This document shows, piece after piece, positions 1 to 10,732 of a stretch of DNA of 64,000 bases (positions are counted from its first letter, which is position 1; each line of letters starts with the position of its first letter). Source of the stretch: Candidatus Woesearchaeota archaeon. Lineage in GTDB: Archaea > Nanobdellota > Nanobdellia > Woesearchaeales > GW2011-AR9. A model generated the notes under the pieces. The model was not told the origin of the DNA and searched no databases. It saw only the letters and a program-made list of their open reading frames with translations. The DNA lies in contig JABHQW010000003.1 of NCBI GenBank assembly GCA_018696595.1, forward strand, positions 64,001 to 128,000. Reading direction: 5' to 3'. The translations under genes were made by a program, and so were the position numbers.

Positions 1-56
1 CCTTAAAATATATGACTGTTGGAGAAGTTTGTAAAAGGTTAGGTGGAAAGTTATAA
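1..56 (+). CDS. rpl13: 50S ribosomal protein uL13, C-terminal fragment (window edge)
   Basis: Frame 3 reads LKYMTVGEVCKRLGGKL* (TAA 54-56), resembling the archaeal L13 C-terminus. It lies immediately before uS9, as in the conserved L13-S9-Rpo10 order. Confidence 0.7.
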   Translation, partial: LKYMTVGEVCKRLGGKL

Positions 57-57
57 G

Positions 58-456
58 ATGGCAAATAAAGTTATTCATAATTCCGGAACTCGTAAAAGAG
101 CCGTTGCTCGAGCTACATTAAAGCCTGGAAAAGGTAAAATTGTTGTTAATGGTCAGTTATTAGAAAATTATAGTGACGAAATGTCTCGGTTAAGAATTAA
201 AGAACCATTAGTTTTAGCAGGAAGTATTTCCGGCAAGGTTAATCTTAGTATTAAGGTTAATGGTGGTGGAAATAATGGGCAAGCAGACGCAATCAGACTA
301 GCAATTGCTCGTGTATTTGTTGATTACGATAATAAATTAAAGAAAGTGTTTGATGATTATGACAGATTGTTGTTAGTTGCAGACGTTAGAAGAAAAGAAG
401 CATGTAAACCAAACATGTCTAAAGCTAGAGCTAAAAGACAGAAGTCTTACAGATAG
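58..456 (+). CDS. rps9: 30S ribosomal protein uS9
   Basis: [22 protein letters not shown] and C-terminal RAKRQKSYR motifs. ATG at 58 is preferred over the track's GTG at 43, which overlaps rpl13. Confidence 0.97.
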   Translation: MANKVIHNSGTRKRAVARATLKPGKGKIVVNGQLLENYSDEMSRLRIKEPLVLAGSISGKVNLSIKVNGGGNNGQADAIRLAIARVFVDYDNKLKKVFDDYDRLLLVADVRRKEACKPNMSKARAKRQKSYR

Positions 457-470
457 AGGAAACAAAAAAA

Positions 471-668
471 ATGATTATTCCAATTAGATGCCTTTCATGC
501 GGGAAACCCGTTGGCCACTTATATGAAGAATATAAACAGAAACTAGAAAAGGGCGAAGAAGCCAAGAAAGTTTTAGATTCTTTAGGAATAGAAAGATATT
601 GTTGCCGAGGAATCTTCTTAAGTCATGTTGAGTTAATTGACGTTGCTGGCGAGTTTAAGAAAGGATAA
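471..668 (+). CDS. rpo10: DNA-directed RNA polymerase subunit Rpo10 (RpoN)
   Basis: [12 protein letters not shown] and RYCCR zinc-binding motifs; follows uS9. Confidence 0.97.
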   Translation: MIIPIRCLSCGKPVGHLYEEYKQKLEKGEEAKKVLDSLGIERYCCRGIFLSHVELIDVAGEFKKG

Positions 669-716
669 GTTTTTTTATTTCTTAACTTTTATATATTAAT
701 TATTTCTTTATAGTTT

Positions 717-1652
717 ATGTTTAGATATTCTAAAAATGATGGCTTTAATCCAAACCTAAGTAATTATTTTACAGAAGCAGGAAAAGATGCTTTAGGAATC
801 CTTGCTGGTTTAAATTCTTCTACCTTTAATGTAGCTAGTTTATTAACAGTAGATGCTCCAGAATTTGCTCGTAGAGTTATTAAAAACAGAGTACCATTAA
901 CTCTGATTCATGCTTTAATTGATCGAATCCCAGGTAAAGATTATAATCGTCCTGGGGCAGATCCAGATGCTCCCGTGGTTTTCTTCAGGCATGGATATTG
1001 GACTGGAGCAGCTTCAATGAAAGGTTTTGGTAAAACTTTAGGAAAAGATTTTGGTATTGATAATCATCAATATGATTATACTGATTATTTGCCAGATCTT
1101 GCCGATCGTTTTCTAAATAAAGTTGAAAAAGTTAAAGCTGCAGGAAAAGAGGTTCATGTTATTGCTCACAGTAAAGGCGCTTTGGTTGCTTTATATGCTT
1201 ATCAGCAAAAACCAGAGTTGTTTGATAAGATTGTAACTATGGCTGTTCCTTTTCAAGGTTCAGAGATGGCTGATAAATATTGGTGGGTGACATTACCTTT
1301 CCCCCCTTATATTTCTTTAAGAGAATTCTCTCCAAACAATTTAATTCTGTCAAAGATGAAACGTAAAGGTTTACCTGAAAATGCCCAAATTATAAACTTC
1401 TATACAGATACTGATGAATTCATTAAACCATTTGAAAATGCTAAACTCCCAGAACAAGATAATGTTAACAATATTTTAATTCCTGAAATTAAACATAATG
1501 CTTTTCTTTATGATGCAGTTGTTCAACAGTTTGCAAGGTTTTTCTTGAATGGTTTTCCTTTGGATGATAGGCTATTTGATAGAATTGACTTTCAATTACA
1601 TGGGAAAGAAACAGCCAGGTTGGAAGAGATTGCTGAAGCCAATTGGGTTTAG
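717..1652 (+). CDS. Alpha/beta hydrolase (lipase/esterase-like)
   Basis: VVFFRHG oxyanion region, AHSKG nucleophile elbow, KIVTMAVPFQGS, late His in KHNAF. Confidence 0.75.
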   Translation: MFRYSKNDGFNPNLSNYFTEAGKDALGILAGLNSSTFNVASLLTVDAPEFARRVIKNRVPLTLIHALIDRIPGKDYNRPGADPDAPVVFFRHGYWTGAASMKGFGKTLGKDFGIDNHQYDYTDYLPDLADRFLNKVEKVKAAGKEVHVIAHSKGALVALYAYQQKPELFDKIVTMAVPFQGSEMADKYWWVTLPFPPYISLREFSPNNLILSKMKRKGLPENAQIINFYTDTDEFIKPFENAKLPEQDNVNNILIPEIKHNAFLYDAVVQQFARFFLNGFPLDDRLFDRIDFQLHGKETARLEEIAEANWV

Positions 1653-1733
1653 AAATTATAATCTCATTATTTTGTAAGTATTACTCAAAAGTGATAAAAA
1701 TAAGAAAACTTTATAAATGAGAAGTTCTATTTT

Positions 1734-2981
1734 ATGATTAATTTGGGACATACAACAAAAGTATTGGAAGATGAATATAGAAGAAAAGATTTGTTAGTAG
1801 TTCCTAGTTCTTATCCTGGACTTTTAAAAGCAGTACAAAGAACTTTAAAAGGAATACCTGATGAACTTCCAGCTAAATCTTTGGAAGATAAATTAACTCA
1901 CTTAAGGGTACTTCCTTTATTAGAACAGCTTGATATTCATCGTTATCAATTAGAACATGGAAGTATTTCTCAACAACAAAGTGAAAGACTTAGATTATTA
2001 GAAAAAAAATATCAAAGTCTTGCTAGAACTAAGCCATTACAACAAGTCGTTGCTACAGACTTACAATCATCAAAAACCAGAATGATAAGGTTTAATCCTA
2101 AACGAAGATCTCGTGCTGACTTAAAATATATTTTAACTCAAAACGGAATGTGTTACGCGGATAAAAGGCGTATAAGTGATATTACAAATCACTTTTATGA
2201 TGATAGTATCCTTGGTGGATCAGTAATTCTAACTGTTGAAAAGGGTGCAAAAGGAAAGAAGATTAAGTATGGAGTTGTTGAACGTAGAACAAAACAAAAT
2301 AATCCCATTTTAGCAGTGCTTAAATTATTTCTAGGTGTTGATAAAACAGGAGATGTTGTTTTAACAGCAGACCATTTTAGTGCAGCAAATTATTTTGCAA
2401 AAAGAATAGGTGATTGGGCAAATGATGGAAAAATAGATCTGTTTGCTTATGGCCCAGTAGCATCGTTATATCTTGCTGAGAGACTTGGAGTCAGTAAAGT
2501 TGTTTTCGGTGATAATGAACTAGAAGAGTTTGGTAAGGCTTGTGGTTTGACAGCAAGATCTACTTTCCATAGATTACCAAACGGAAAAAATAGTGGTCCA
2601 GCAGATTCTCGTAAAGTTGGAATTATTTCTCATCCTAATAATCAAGATGGTGTTTGGCAACATTCATTGTATCGAGTTCCTACTGGTAGGCAAGTTATTT
2701 ATGACCTAGAACCATTAAGTATTGACAACTTATTTGACGAGTTTAATCAAGTTCAGGTTGACTTAAGAACAGAAATTAGTAATAAAGGAAAATTAAGAAA
2801 AGGGTACTTAGAAAAGCTTAGGATTGATGAAAGATTTTCTATGATGCGCACCATATTAAGAATAATGGAAGATGCTTATCTAAAAAATAGAAGATTCATG
2901 GTTGCAAAGTCAAGTTATAATTCATCAATAGATCTTATTAAATCTAAAGATAGAGATTTCTCTAGGCCTTACGTAAATTAA
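1734..2981 (+). CDS. Hypothetical protein (415 aa)
   Basis: Long ORF with an upstream TTTATAAA box; no recognisable motif. Confidence 0.6.
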   Translation: MINLGHTTKVLEDEYRRKDLLVVPSSYPGLLKAVQRTLKGIPDELPAKSLEDKLTHLRVLPLLEQLDIHRYQLEHGSISQQQSERLRLLEKKYQSLARTKPLQQVVATDLQSSKTRMIRFNPKRRSRADLKYILTQNGMCYADKRRISDITNHFYDDSILGGSVILTVEKGAKGKKIKYGVVERRTKQNNPILAVLKLFLGVDKTGDVVLTADHFSAANYFAKRIGDWANDGKIDLFAYGPVASLYLAERLGVSKVVFGDNELEEFGKACGLTARSTFHRLPNGKNSGPADSRKVGIISHPNNQDGVWQHSLYRVPTGRQVIYDLEPLSIDNLFDEFNQVQVDLRTEISNKGKLRKGYLEKLRIDERFSMMRTILRIMEDAYLKNRRFMVAKSSYNSSIDLIKSKDRDFSRPYVN

Positions 2982-3028
2982 TCTTCTACTACAATAATCT
3001 TTAAATAATCGCCACTTCTCAACAACAC

Positions 3029-5539
3029 GTGGCAGAGAATATCAATAATATTAATAAAAAGAGTATCTTGGACATAGAGGAACAAAACTTAACTCCAGGT
3101 ATGAAACAATACAGAGATGTAAAAAAACAAAACCCTGACTGTCTAGTTATGCTTAGAATGGGTGATTTCTTTGAAATGTTTTATGAAGATGCTGTTACTG
3201 CAGCCAAAGAACTAGAGATTACACTTACCCAAAGAGGTAAGGGAGAAAAACGTGCTCCCTTAGCTGGAGTGCCTTACCATGCCCTAGAAACTTATCTTGG
3301 CAAACTTGTCAAGAAAGGCCATAAAGTAGCCATTGTAGAGCAATTAGAAGATCCTAAGAAAGCTAAAGGGCTTGTAAAGAGAGGCTTAGTAAGGATTGTC
3401 ACTCCTGGAACTCTGATTGACAGTTCAATGCTGGAAGAAACTGAAAATAATTATATTATGTCTTTAACAAGTTTTGCAGATGACTTTGCTGTTGCTTTTT
3501 GTGATTTATCAACTGGGGAATTCTTTACAACTACGATAGATTCAATGAACTTATTAATTAGCGAGATTGTAAGATTAAATCCTTCTGAATGTGTGATCCC
3601 TGAATCATTAATGGTCAATCAAGAATTAATTAAACAGATAAAAAATAACAATTGTTTCATCAACTCATTAGAAGATTATTATTTCAAGTCTGAAACTTCT
3701 AAAGAAATTATTCTAAACCATTTTAACCTGCCTAGTTTAGACTCTTTTGGACTAGAAGATAAAAAATTAAATTTATCTGTTTCTGGTGCTTTGATGAAAT
3801 ATTTAATTGATACACAAAAAAACACTTTATCTCACATAAAAAAGATTTCTGTAAGTAGTAGAGATAAGATGATTATTGATGCTTCTACGTTAAGAAATTT
3901 AGAACTGACTAAAAACATTAAAGATCACTCTTTGAAAGGAACTTTACTTTCCGTGTTGAACAAAACGGTTACAGCCATGGGTTCAAGATTGTTAAAGAAG
4001 TGGATTAAAGAACCTTTACTAAACAAAAAAGCAATTGAAAATAGATTAAATGCAATTGAAGCGTTAAACAATTCTGTTATTGTTAGGGAAGAAGTTATAA
4101 CTTTACTCAATGAAGTTTATGATTTAGAAAGATTAATCTCAAGAGTGAATTATGGTAATGCTAATCCTCGTGATTTACTTGCTTTAAAACATTCTTTGCA
4201 ACAATTTCCTGAAATCCAAGAAAAATTATCTTCTTTGGATTCGGACTTATTACAAAAGATTGCTGGAATCCCAAGTTTGCAAGAAATAACAACTTTGATT
4301 AATTCTGCAATTAGAGATGAAGCTCCGATTACAATTAGAGAAGGGAATATCATTAAAGGAGATTATAATTCTGAACTTGCTGAATTGTTAGACATAAAAA
4401 CAAACAGTAAGAAATTCTTGCAACAAATTGAAGAACGAGAGAAGAAAAAGACAGGCATCTCGACGTTAAAAATCGGTTTTACAAGAGTGTTTGGCTATTT
4501 TATTGAAGTTACAAAGAAAAATTTGCATTTAGTTCCAGAAACTTATATTCGTAAACAAACAACTGCAAATTCTGAGAGATATATTACAGAAGAATTGAAG
4601 TTGGAAGAAGAGAAAATTCTTGGAGCACAAGAAAAGATTCAGGTGTTAGAATATGATTTGTTTCAAGACTTAATTAAGAAGATTGCTGAGAAGACTTCTG
4701 AGATTCAAGATTCTGCTCAAAAATTAGCAGTGTTAGATGTGGTTTGTTCATTGGCAAAAACAGCAATGGAAAATAATTATTGTAAACCTCAGTTTGTTGA
4801 GGAGAAAGTTATTCAACTTCGTAATAGTAGACACCCAGTTGTTGAAATACTGGAGAGTAAGTTTGTTGCTAATGATATTGTTATGGGGCAAGGCGAGATG
4901 ATGATTGTTACTGGCGCCAACATGTCCGGTAAAAGTACAATGCAAAGACAAGTTGCTTTAATTATTTTAATGGCACAACTGGGTTCATTTGTACCCGCAG
5001 ATGAAGCAGTTCTAGGAATTACCGATAGAATATTTACCAGAGTTGGTGCTTCTGATGACCTTGTTTCTGGTCAGAGTACGTTTATGGTAGAAATGAATGA
5101 AACTGCTTCAATCTTAAATAATGCCACAGAAAATAGTTTAATTATTTTAGATGAGATTGGTCGTGGTACAAGTACTTTTGATGGTGTTTCAATTGCTTGG
5201 AGTGTTGCCGAACATATTTATAATCAAATAAAAGCTAAAACTCTTTTTAGTACACATTATCATGTCATGAATAAATTAGAAGAAAAATTTACTAAGATTA
5301 AAAATTATTATTTAGTTGCTAAAGAAGTCCGTGGTGAGATTGTTTTCTTGTATAAACTAATGGCTGGAGGAAGTGATCAAAGTTTCGGTGTGCACGTTGC
5401 CAAGTTAGCAGGTTTACCTTCTGAAGTTATTTCCCGTGCAGAAGAAATTCAAAGAATCCTTGAGAAGGATGATGAGATGGTTGGTAAGATTAAAGCTAAG
5501 AAGTTGCAAGAACAGATGATACTAAAGAATTTTAAGTGA
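3029..5539 (+). CDS. mutS: DNA mismatch repair protein MutS (MutS1 type)
   Basis: LTPGMKQY, RMGDFFEMF mismatch-binding loop, Walker A GANMSGKST, SGQSTFMVEM, LDEIGRGTST, QSFGVHVAKLAG. Confidence 0.97.
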   Translation: MAENINNINKKSILDIEEQNLTPGMKQYRDVKKQNPDCLVMLRMGDFFEMFYEDAVTAAKELEITLTQRGKGEKRAPLAGVPYHALETYLGKLVKKGHKVAIVEQLEDPKKAKGLVKRGLVRIVTPGTLIDSSMLEETENNYIMSLTSFADDFAVAFCDLSTGEFFTTTIDSMNLLISEIVRLNPSECVIPESLMVNQELIKQIKNNNCFINSLEDYYFKSETSKEIILNHFNLPSLDSFGLEDKKLNLSVSGALMKYLIDTQKNTLSHIKKISVSSRDKMIIDASTLRNLELTKNIKDHSLKGTLLSVLNKTVTAMGSRLLKKWIKEPLLNKKAIENRLNAIEALNNSVIVREEVITLLNEVYDLERLISRVNYGNANPRDLLALKHSLQQFPEIQEKLSSLDSDLLQKIAGIPSLQEITTLINSAIRDEAPITIREGNIIKGDYNSELAELLDIKTNSKKFLQQIEEREKKKTGISTLKIGFTRVFGYFIEVTKKNLHLVPETYIRKQTTANSERYITEELKLEEEKILGAQEKIQVLEYDLFQDLIKKIAEKTSEIQDSAQKLAVLDVVCSLAKTAMENNYCKPQFVEEKVIQLRNSRHPVVEILESKFVANDIVMGQGEMMIVTGANMSGKSTMQRQVALIILMAQLGSFVPADEAVLGITDRIFTRVGASDDLVSGQSTFMVEMNETASILNNATENSLIILDEIGRGTSTFDGVSIAWSVAEHIYNQIKAKTLFSTHYHVMNKLEEKFTKIKNYYLVAKEVRGEIVFLYKLMAGGSDQSFGVHVAKLAGLPSEVISRAEEIQRILEKDDEMVGKIKAKKLQEQMILKNFK

Positions 5540-5618
5540 AATTTTTGTAACTTTAATTCTAACAAATTAAAGTCTTTAGAAAAGTTTTAAATATTCTTTT
5601 CTATTTCTATTACCTAAT

Positions 5619-6110
5619 ATGGTAAAAATAAGAATTGGAACGTTAAAAGACATTTCACAAATAATTGGATTATGGAAAGATTTTATGGAAGAACATGATC
5701 AAGATGTAGCAAAAAGAAACAAGTTACTTAAGGAACAAATTATTAAATCCAAAACGGGAGCCAGTAAATTTAGAACTCATATTATTGAACTTTTAAAAAC
5801 AAAGAAAGGTCGTCTTATTGTTGCAGAAGAGAATGGAATTCTTGTAGGGTATAACTTAGCACAGATTAAGAAAGAAATCCCTGTCTTTAAATTAAAAAGA
5901 TTTGGATTAATTGCCGATCTTTATGTTCAAAAAGAATTTCGTGGTCAAGGGATTGCTACTCAATTCAAAGATGAAGCTGTAAAATGGTTTAAGAGAAATA
6001 AAATCAAGTATATGTCTATTACTGTTTATCCAGATAATCCACATGCATATAAAATTTATCAGAAATGGGGTTTTTCTGATTATAAAATAAATATGCGAAA
6101 AAAGATTTAA
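5619..6110 (+). CDS. GNAT-family N-acetyltransferase
   Basis: DLYVQKEFRGQGIA acetyl-CoA motif A and NPHAYKIYQKWGF motif B. Confidence 0.9.
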   Translation: MVKIRIGTLKDISQIIGLWKDFMEEHDQDVAKRNKLLKEQIIKSKTGASKFRTHIIELLKTKKGRLIVAEENGILVGYNLAQIKKEIPVFKLKRFGLIADLYVQKEFRGQGIATQFKDEAVKWFKRNKIKYMSITVYPDNPHAYKIYQKWGFSDYKINMRKKI

Positions 6111-6150
6111 TTCTTAAAAGAAAGATATAAATAGAACTCTAAAGAAAAGT

Positions 6151-6726
6151 ATGAAGATGAAACGATTACTTACTTATATTCTTGGGACAGTTCTTACATT
6201 AGCACCTAACACTGCTTATGGCGATGATTATCAAATCATTTCATATAAAGCAACTAAGGAACAAGCTTGCTTAGAATTAAAAGTTAAAACAGAACTAGAA
6301 ACTGGTGCTGAAAAAGATGAGCTAATAACTATCTGTGATGGAACGAATGGTGAAAGAGATGACGAAATTGATGATGTTACTTTTAATAATCCTGTGCCTG
6401 AGAATATTGGTGATCTAAACACTTGTATTGGTGTGAATTACCAACAAATTAGAGATAATTTAATTGAGTGTCATGTTAATGTTTTCTTAAATGCAGTATC
6501 GGGTGACACTGGAGAAGTTATTCGTTTTGATACTAAAAAGAGATACATCTCTTTAGAAGCAGAGAATAAAGTTTATCTTTTATACACTAACTCAGAAAAT
6601 AAAACCCATCGGTTTTGTGTTTTAGGAAATGGGTTTGCAGTTTCCATTAAACAAGATCCGTTTACAGAACATCTGGTTAATGATTTGTATGAACGGGCTT
6701 TAGAAATTAGAGATAAAAATAAATAA
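6151..6726 (+). CDS. Hypothetical secreted protein
   Basis: Basic N-terminus and hydrophobic stretch (MKMKRLLTYILGTVLTLAPNTAYG) look like a signal peptide. Confidence 0.6.
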   Translation: MKMKRLLTYILGTVLTLAPNTAYGDDYQIISYKATKEQACLELKVKTELETGAEKDELITICDGTNGERDDEIDDVTFNNPVPENIGDLNTCIGVNYQQIRDNLIECHVNVFLNAVSGDTGEVIRFDTKKRYISLEAENKVYLLYTNSENKTHRFCVLGNGFAVSIKQDPFTEHLVNDLYERALEIRDKNK

Positions 6727-6728
6727 TT

Positions 6729-8978
6729 TTACTTTTTCTTTTCTTCTTTATCTTTTTTAACATCTTTTTTGAATTTATCGTTAGATTCCAAACTTTCTGT
6801 ATATTTACATTTAGGATATCCTGGACAAGCTAAGAAACTACCATAAACAGATTTTCTAAGAATTAAATCTTTGCCACACTTAGGACACTTCTTTTCAATT
6901 TTCTTTTGTTCAATCTTTTCAATCTCTTTCTTTTCTTCATCAGAAGTTTTACTTTTACAATCTTGATTAATACAAACATCTAATGGTCGTTTACCTTTGT
7001 TAATAACTAAAATCATTGGATGACCACAAACTTCACAAACCTTATCCGTATTCTTAATTAGGCCTGTATTAGGAAGATTAAATGTTTTTTTACATTCTGG
7101 ATATTTATCACAAGCAATAAACTTGCCAAATTTTCCTCTTCTCATCATTAATCGGCCTTCTTTACATTCTGTACACTTACCAATGAAGTTTTGGATGTCT
7201 TCTGTTTCTCTTACAGAAGCAAGAATTTCTTTACCAATAACTTTCTCTTTCTTTTTGAAATCAGCTAATAGTTTTGTTAAAAATTTCTTTGCTTTCTCTA
7301 AAACATTTTCTTGTTTTTCTTTTCCTTCACGAATCTTAACCATATCAGCTTCAAAATCAGCAGTTAGTTTTTCATCTACAATTGTGGGTGCATATTTTTC
7401 TAAAACAGTAAGAGTCTCCATGCCATGTTTAGTTACATGGATTTGTACTCCCTCAACATATCCTCTTTGAAATAATCGGTCAAGAATGTCTGCTCGAGTA
7501 GCTTTTGTTCCCAAATTTCTTTTCTCTAATTCTTTAAGGATAGAACTTTGATTAAATCTCTTTGGAGGTTGGGTCTCTTTATCCTCTTTGAAGATCTTTT
7601 TAACATTAACAATTTCTCCTTCTTTTAGATCTGGAAGTGTAATCTCTTCCAATTTCACATAAGGCTTATAGAAAACGTGCCAGTTTTCTTCAACTGTTCT
7701 TGTTCCTTTAGCAATAAATATTTCTGCTTTAACATCTAAAGAAACTTCCATTGTTTCTCTAACAGCAGGTTCTGCAAAAGTTGCCATAAACCTTTTAACA
7801 ATTAAGTCATAAATCTTCTTTTCACGATCTTTTAATTCTCCTGGAACTTGTCCAGTGGGATAAATAGCTGGATGGGCAGGATCCGTTTTTTTACCGTTGT
7901 TTGGTTTTAATGTTCCTTTCTTTAACAGATCTTTACACAATCCGTCGTATTGTGGTTGTTTACTTAAGTCTGTTAGAATCTTCTTAAATCCTAGCTTAGG
8001 ATCTAATTGCTGTGAAGAAGTTCTAGGATAAGAAGTAACTCCTGCTAAATATAATGTTTGAGCAAGGGCCAAAGTTTCTTTCGGTGTAATTCTGAATAAG
8101 TTATATGATTCTGATTGTAAATTTATTAAGTTAAACGGAAACGGTGGGGCTTGATTTCTTTTTGTACGTTTGATTTTAGCAATTTTAGCTTCTTTCTCTC
8201 CTTTAACCACTTTTAAGATTTTTTCCATAACTTTTTTGTCAAAAATCTTATCTTTATTATGTGAAGCTTCAACCTTACTTTTTTTGTAATCACCTTCCAA
8301 CTTAATTAACCAAAACGGTTCAGAAACAAAAGCTTGAATTTCTCTTTCTCTGTCTACAAGTAATTTTAATGCTGGCCCTTGAACTCTTCCTGCAGACATA
8401 ACTTTGAACGCACCAGTAGACTTTACTGCCGCTGTTAATGCCCTACTTAAATTAATTCCGTAATACCAGTCTAGATAATGTCTTGTTTCTCCAGCGAAAG
8501 CTTGGCCCCAATCAAGATGTTTTAATTTATTTTCATAAGATTTAACTAAATCTCCTTTTGTTAAAGTAGAGAACTTCATTCTGTTAGCATCTTTTTTCTT
8601 ACAAGCGTACCTAACAACATTATATCCTATAACTTCTCCTTCTACATCATAGTCGCACGCGACTGTAAATTCATCACATTTCTTTGCTAATGTAGAAATT
8701 GTATCAATATAACCTTTAACATACTTCAAATCTTTATGAGACTTGTAAGAAGCGTCCCATTTAATATCAAAAACTGGATAAGTCCAACCTTTTTTATCTT
8801 TTTCAACTAATCCGTATAAATGACCAACTGCGGAAGTGATGTAAATAACTTTTTTGTTATGAATTACTTCGAAATATGATCCGCCTTTGCTCTTCTTTTG
8901 CACAGGAGCTTTATCTGCTAATGCAGCAGCTACTTTCCTTGCTGAGCTTGGTTTCTCTGTAATTATTAGTTCAGTCAT
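6729..8978 (-). CDS. topA: DNA topoisomerase I (type IA) with C-terminal zinc ribbons
   Basis: LIITEKPS, ACDYDVEGE TOPRIM, SAGRVQGP, active site TSYPRT, three C4 zinc-ribbon repeats. Confidence 0.97.
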   Translation of the reverse strand: MTELIITEKPSSARKVAAALADKAPVQKKSKGGSYFEVIHNKKVIYITSAVGHLYGLVEKDKKGWTYPVFDIKWDASYKSHKDLKYVKGYIDTISTLAKKCDEFTVACDYDVEGEVIGYNVVRYACKKKDANRMKFSTLTKGDLVKSYENKLKHLDWGQAFAGETRHYLDWYYGINLSRALTAAVKSTGAFKVMSAGRVQGPALKLLVDREREIQAFVSEPFWLIKLEGDYKKSKVEASHNKDKIFDKKVMEKILKVVKGEKEAKIAKIKRTKRNQAPPFPFNLINLQSESYNLFRITPKETLALAQTLYLAGVTSYPRTSSQQLDPKLGFKKILTDLSKQPQYDGLCKDLLKKGTLKPNNGKKTDPAHPAIYPTGQVPGELKDREKKIYDLIVKRFMATFAEPAVRETMEVSLDVKAEIFIAKGTRTVEENWHVFYKPYVKLEEITLPDLKEGEIVNVKKIFKEDKETQPPKRFNQSSILKELEKRNLGTKATRADILDRLFQRGYVEGVQIHVTKHGMETLTVLEKYAPTIVDEKLTADFEADMVKIREGKEKQENVLEKAKKFLTKLLADFKKKEKVIGKEILASVRETEDIQNFIGKCTECKEGRLMMRRGKFGKFIACDKYPECKKTFNLPNTGLIKNTDKVCEVCGHPMILVINKGKRPLDVCINQDCKSKTSDEEKKEIEKIEQKKIEKKCPKCGKDLILRKSVYGSFLACPGYPKCKYTESLESNDKFKKDVKKDKEEKKK

Positions 8979-9044
8979 GTTGTATTAGAAAAATTAAGCT
9001 CTTTTAAAAAGGTATGGGAAAATAAAAGAAAAGAAAGAAAAAAA

Positions 9045-10202
9045 CTATTCATACTCTTTATCCCTACTAGAATCTCCGCGGAACTTCTTCTTAACTGCGT
9101 TCTTAGCGTTATCAAACGTTTTTCTCAATGCCGTTTCTAAGTCCCAATCATCTTGGTTAATTGCAATCAGTTGCCCAGGATATTCTAACTTGATGTGTAC
9201 AGAATACTTTTGTCTGCCACCTTTATTGTATGCTTTAAGATGTAGAACTAAGTTCAGTTCGTTATTAATTTTCTTTTGTAACTTCATTGCTTCATTACTA
9301 GCAATTTTCTTAATGTTATATTTTTGATAAGGTTCTAACTGGGCTTTATTTAATCCTACAAACTTAATTGTAAACTTTTTAGGAATTTTTAAATTACCAA
9401 TTTGTCTAAGAATACTTTTTACGGTTAACATTCCAACAAATTTATCATTTTCCATTACTAACAAATCAGAAATTCCTTTCTTAAGCATTAAATCAATTGC
9501 TCTGACTAACGATTCTCCAGTTGTAGTAGTTATTAAATTATAGTTAGTACTGAAATTACTTACAGGAATGTTGTTTAATTTTTGCATCTCTGATTCTGCA
9601 CATTTCGCATTAGCAGCATTATTAAACTTGGCTGAAAAATTTCTTTTTGGTGACCAATTAAGGTAACCTCGTAGAAGATCCTTAAATGTGATTATTCCTG
9701 TAACTTCACCATCTTCAAACAAAGGAACATGATCTATTTTCTCTTGGAACATTATGTTCATTGCTATTACTACTGGGTCTGTCATATTTACTTTTCTTGG
9801 TTTTACTAATTTAATATCTCTTACTTTAGTATCTTTAACTTCTGGAAGTTCTGCAATTAGTTTAGTTAAATCTAATGCGTTAAGCACACCAATTATTTTC
9901 TTATTACTTTCTACTGGAATGTAGCGTAAATCACTTTGATACATTAAGTAAGCAGTCTCAAATAAATCAGCATTTTCGTTAATGATTGGGGTTATTTGTA
10001 CAAAGTTTTTAATTTTAGCTTTACTGACATCAAGTCTTGATTTAAGAAGTTTCTTTTTTTCAATAAGACCCAAATATTTCTTTTTTCTAAAAACAAGTCC
10101 TGTACGTTTCTCAAATGTCTTTAATTTTCCTATTAGTTCAGAAAGAGTTGATTCCTCATCTAAAACCACAAAATCTTCTTTTATTAATGGTTTAATTTCC
10201 AT
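9045..10202 (-). CDS. Tandem CBS domains fused to a C-terminal HPF/RaiA-like domain (putative ribosome hibernation factor)
   Basis: Four CBS-type repeats (e.g. IDHVPLFEDGEVTGIITFKDLL). The C-terminal ~90 aa (YSVHIKLEYPGQLIAINQDDWDLETALRKTFDNAKNAVKK) match the HPF/RaiA strand-helix pattern. Confidence 0.7.
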   Translation of the reverse strand: MEIKPLIKEDFVVLDEESTLSELIGKLKTFEKRTGLVFRKKKYLGLIEKKKLLKSRLDVSKAKIKNFVQITPIINENADLFETAYLMYQSDLRYIPVESNKKIIGVLNALDLTKLIAELPEVKDTKVRDIKLVKPRKVNMTDPVVIAMNIMFQEKIDHVPLFEDGEVTGIITFKDLLRGYLNWSPKRNFSAKFNNAANAKCAESEMQKLNNIPVSNFSTNYNLITTTTGESLVRAIDLMLKKGISDLLVMENDKFVGMLTVKSILRQIGNLKIPKKFTIKFVGLNKAQLEPYQKYNIKKIASNEAMKLQKKINNELNLVLHLKAYNKGGRQKYSVHIKLEYPGQLIAINQDDWDLETALRKTFDNAKNAVKKKFRGDSSRDKEYE

Positions 10203-10303
10203 ATGTCCACCTCAAAATGTTTAATTATAAGTATATCTAATTACTATTTAAACATTGTTAAATAAGGGTGTTTTGAATCAGAAAATTGAGATACTCTTGG
10301 TAA

Positions 10304-10651
10304 TTAGTGCATCTCTTTTTTAGGTGGAGCTTGAAATGTTTCAATATCTCTTTCATTTAATTTATCTCTAATAATATCTGTTAATTGGTAAACCAATCCT
10401 TGATTTATTTCTGGGATACGTTCATTATTAGAAGTTTCCATATTTATTCTCATTCCATTATAAGCAACAAGTTCTAATGAAGATTCTCCTTCTTCAAGTT
10501 TTTGTGCAAAAACCTCTCCAACTTCATCAAAAAAATCTTCTCTATCATTGGTCCCATCATAAATTGCAGTAACATAACTTAAACCAACTAATAATTGATA
10601 GTTTTCATGATTGTCAGGTAATTGTCCAACTAATAATAATGCTTTATCCAT
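10304..10651 (-). CDS. Hypothetical protein
   Basis: 115-aa ORF with an upstream TTTATAAA box. Confidence 0.55.
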   Translation of the reverse strand: MDKALLLVGQLPDNHENYQLLVGLSYVTAIYDGTNDREDFFDEVGEVFAQKLEEGESSLELVAYNGMRINMETSNNERIPEINQGLVYQLTDIIRDKLNERDIETFQAPPKKEMH

Positions 10652-10732
10652 AGAAAATTCGGGAACTCGTTGATTTATAAACTTTTTGTAGAATAACTAC
10701 TCTGGGATAATAACTAAGATCCAACAAACCAA

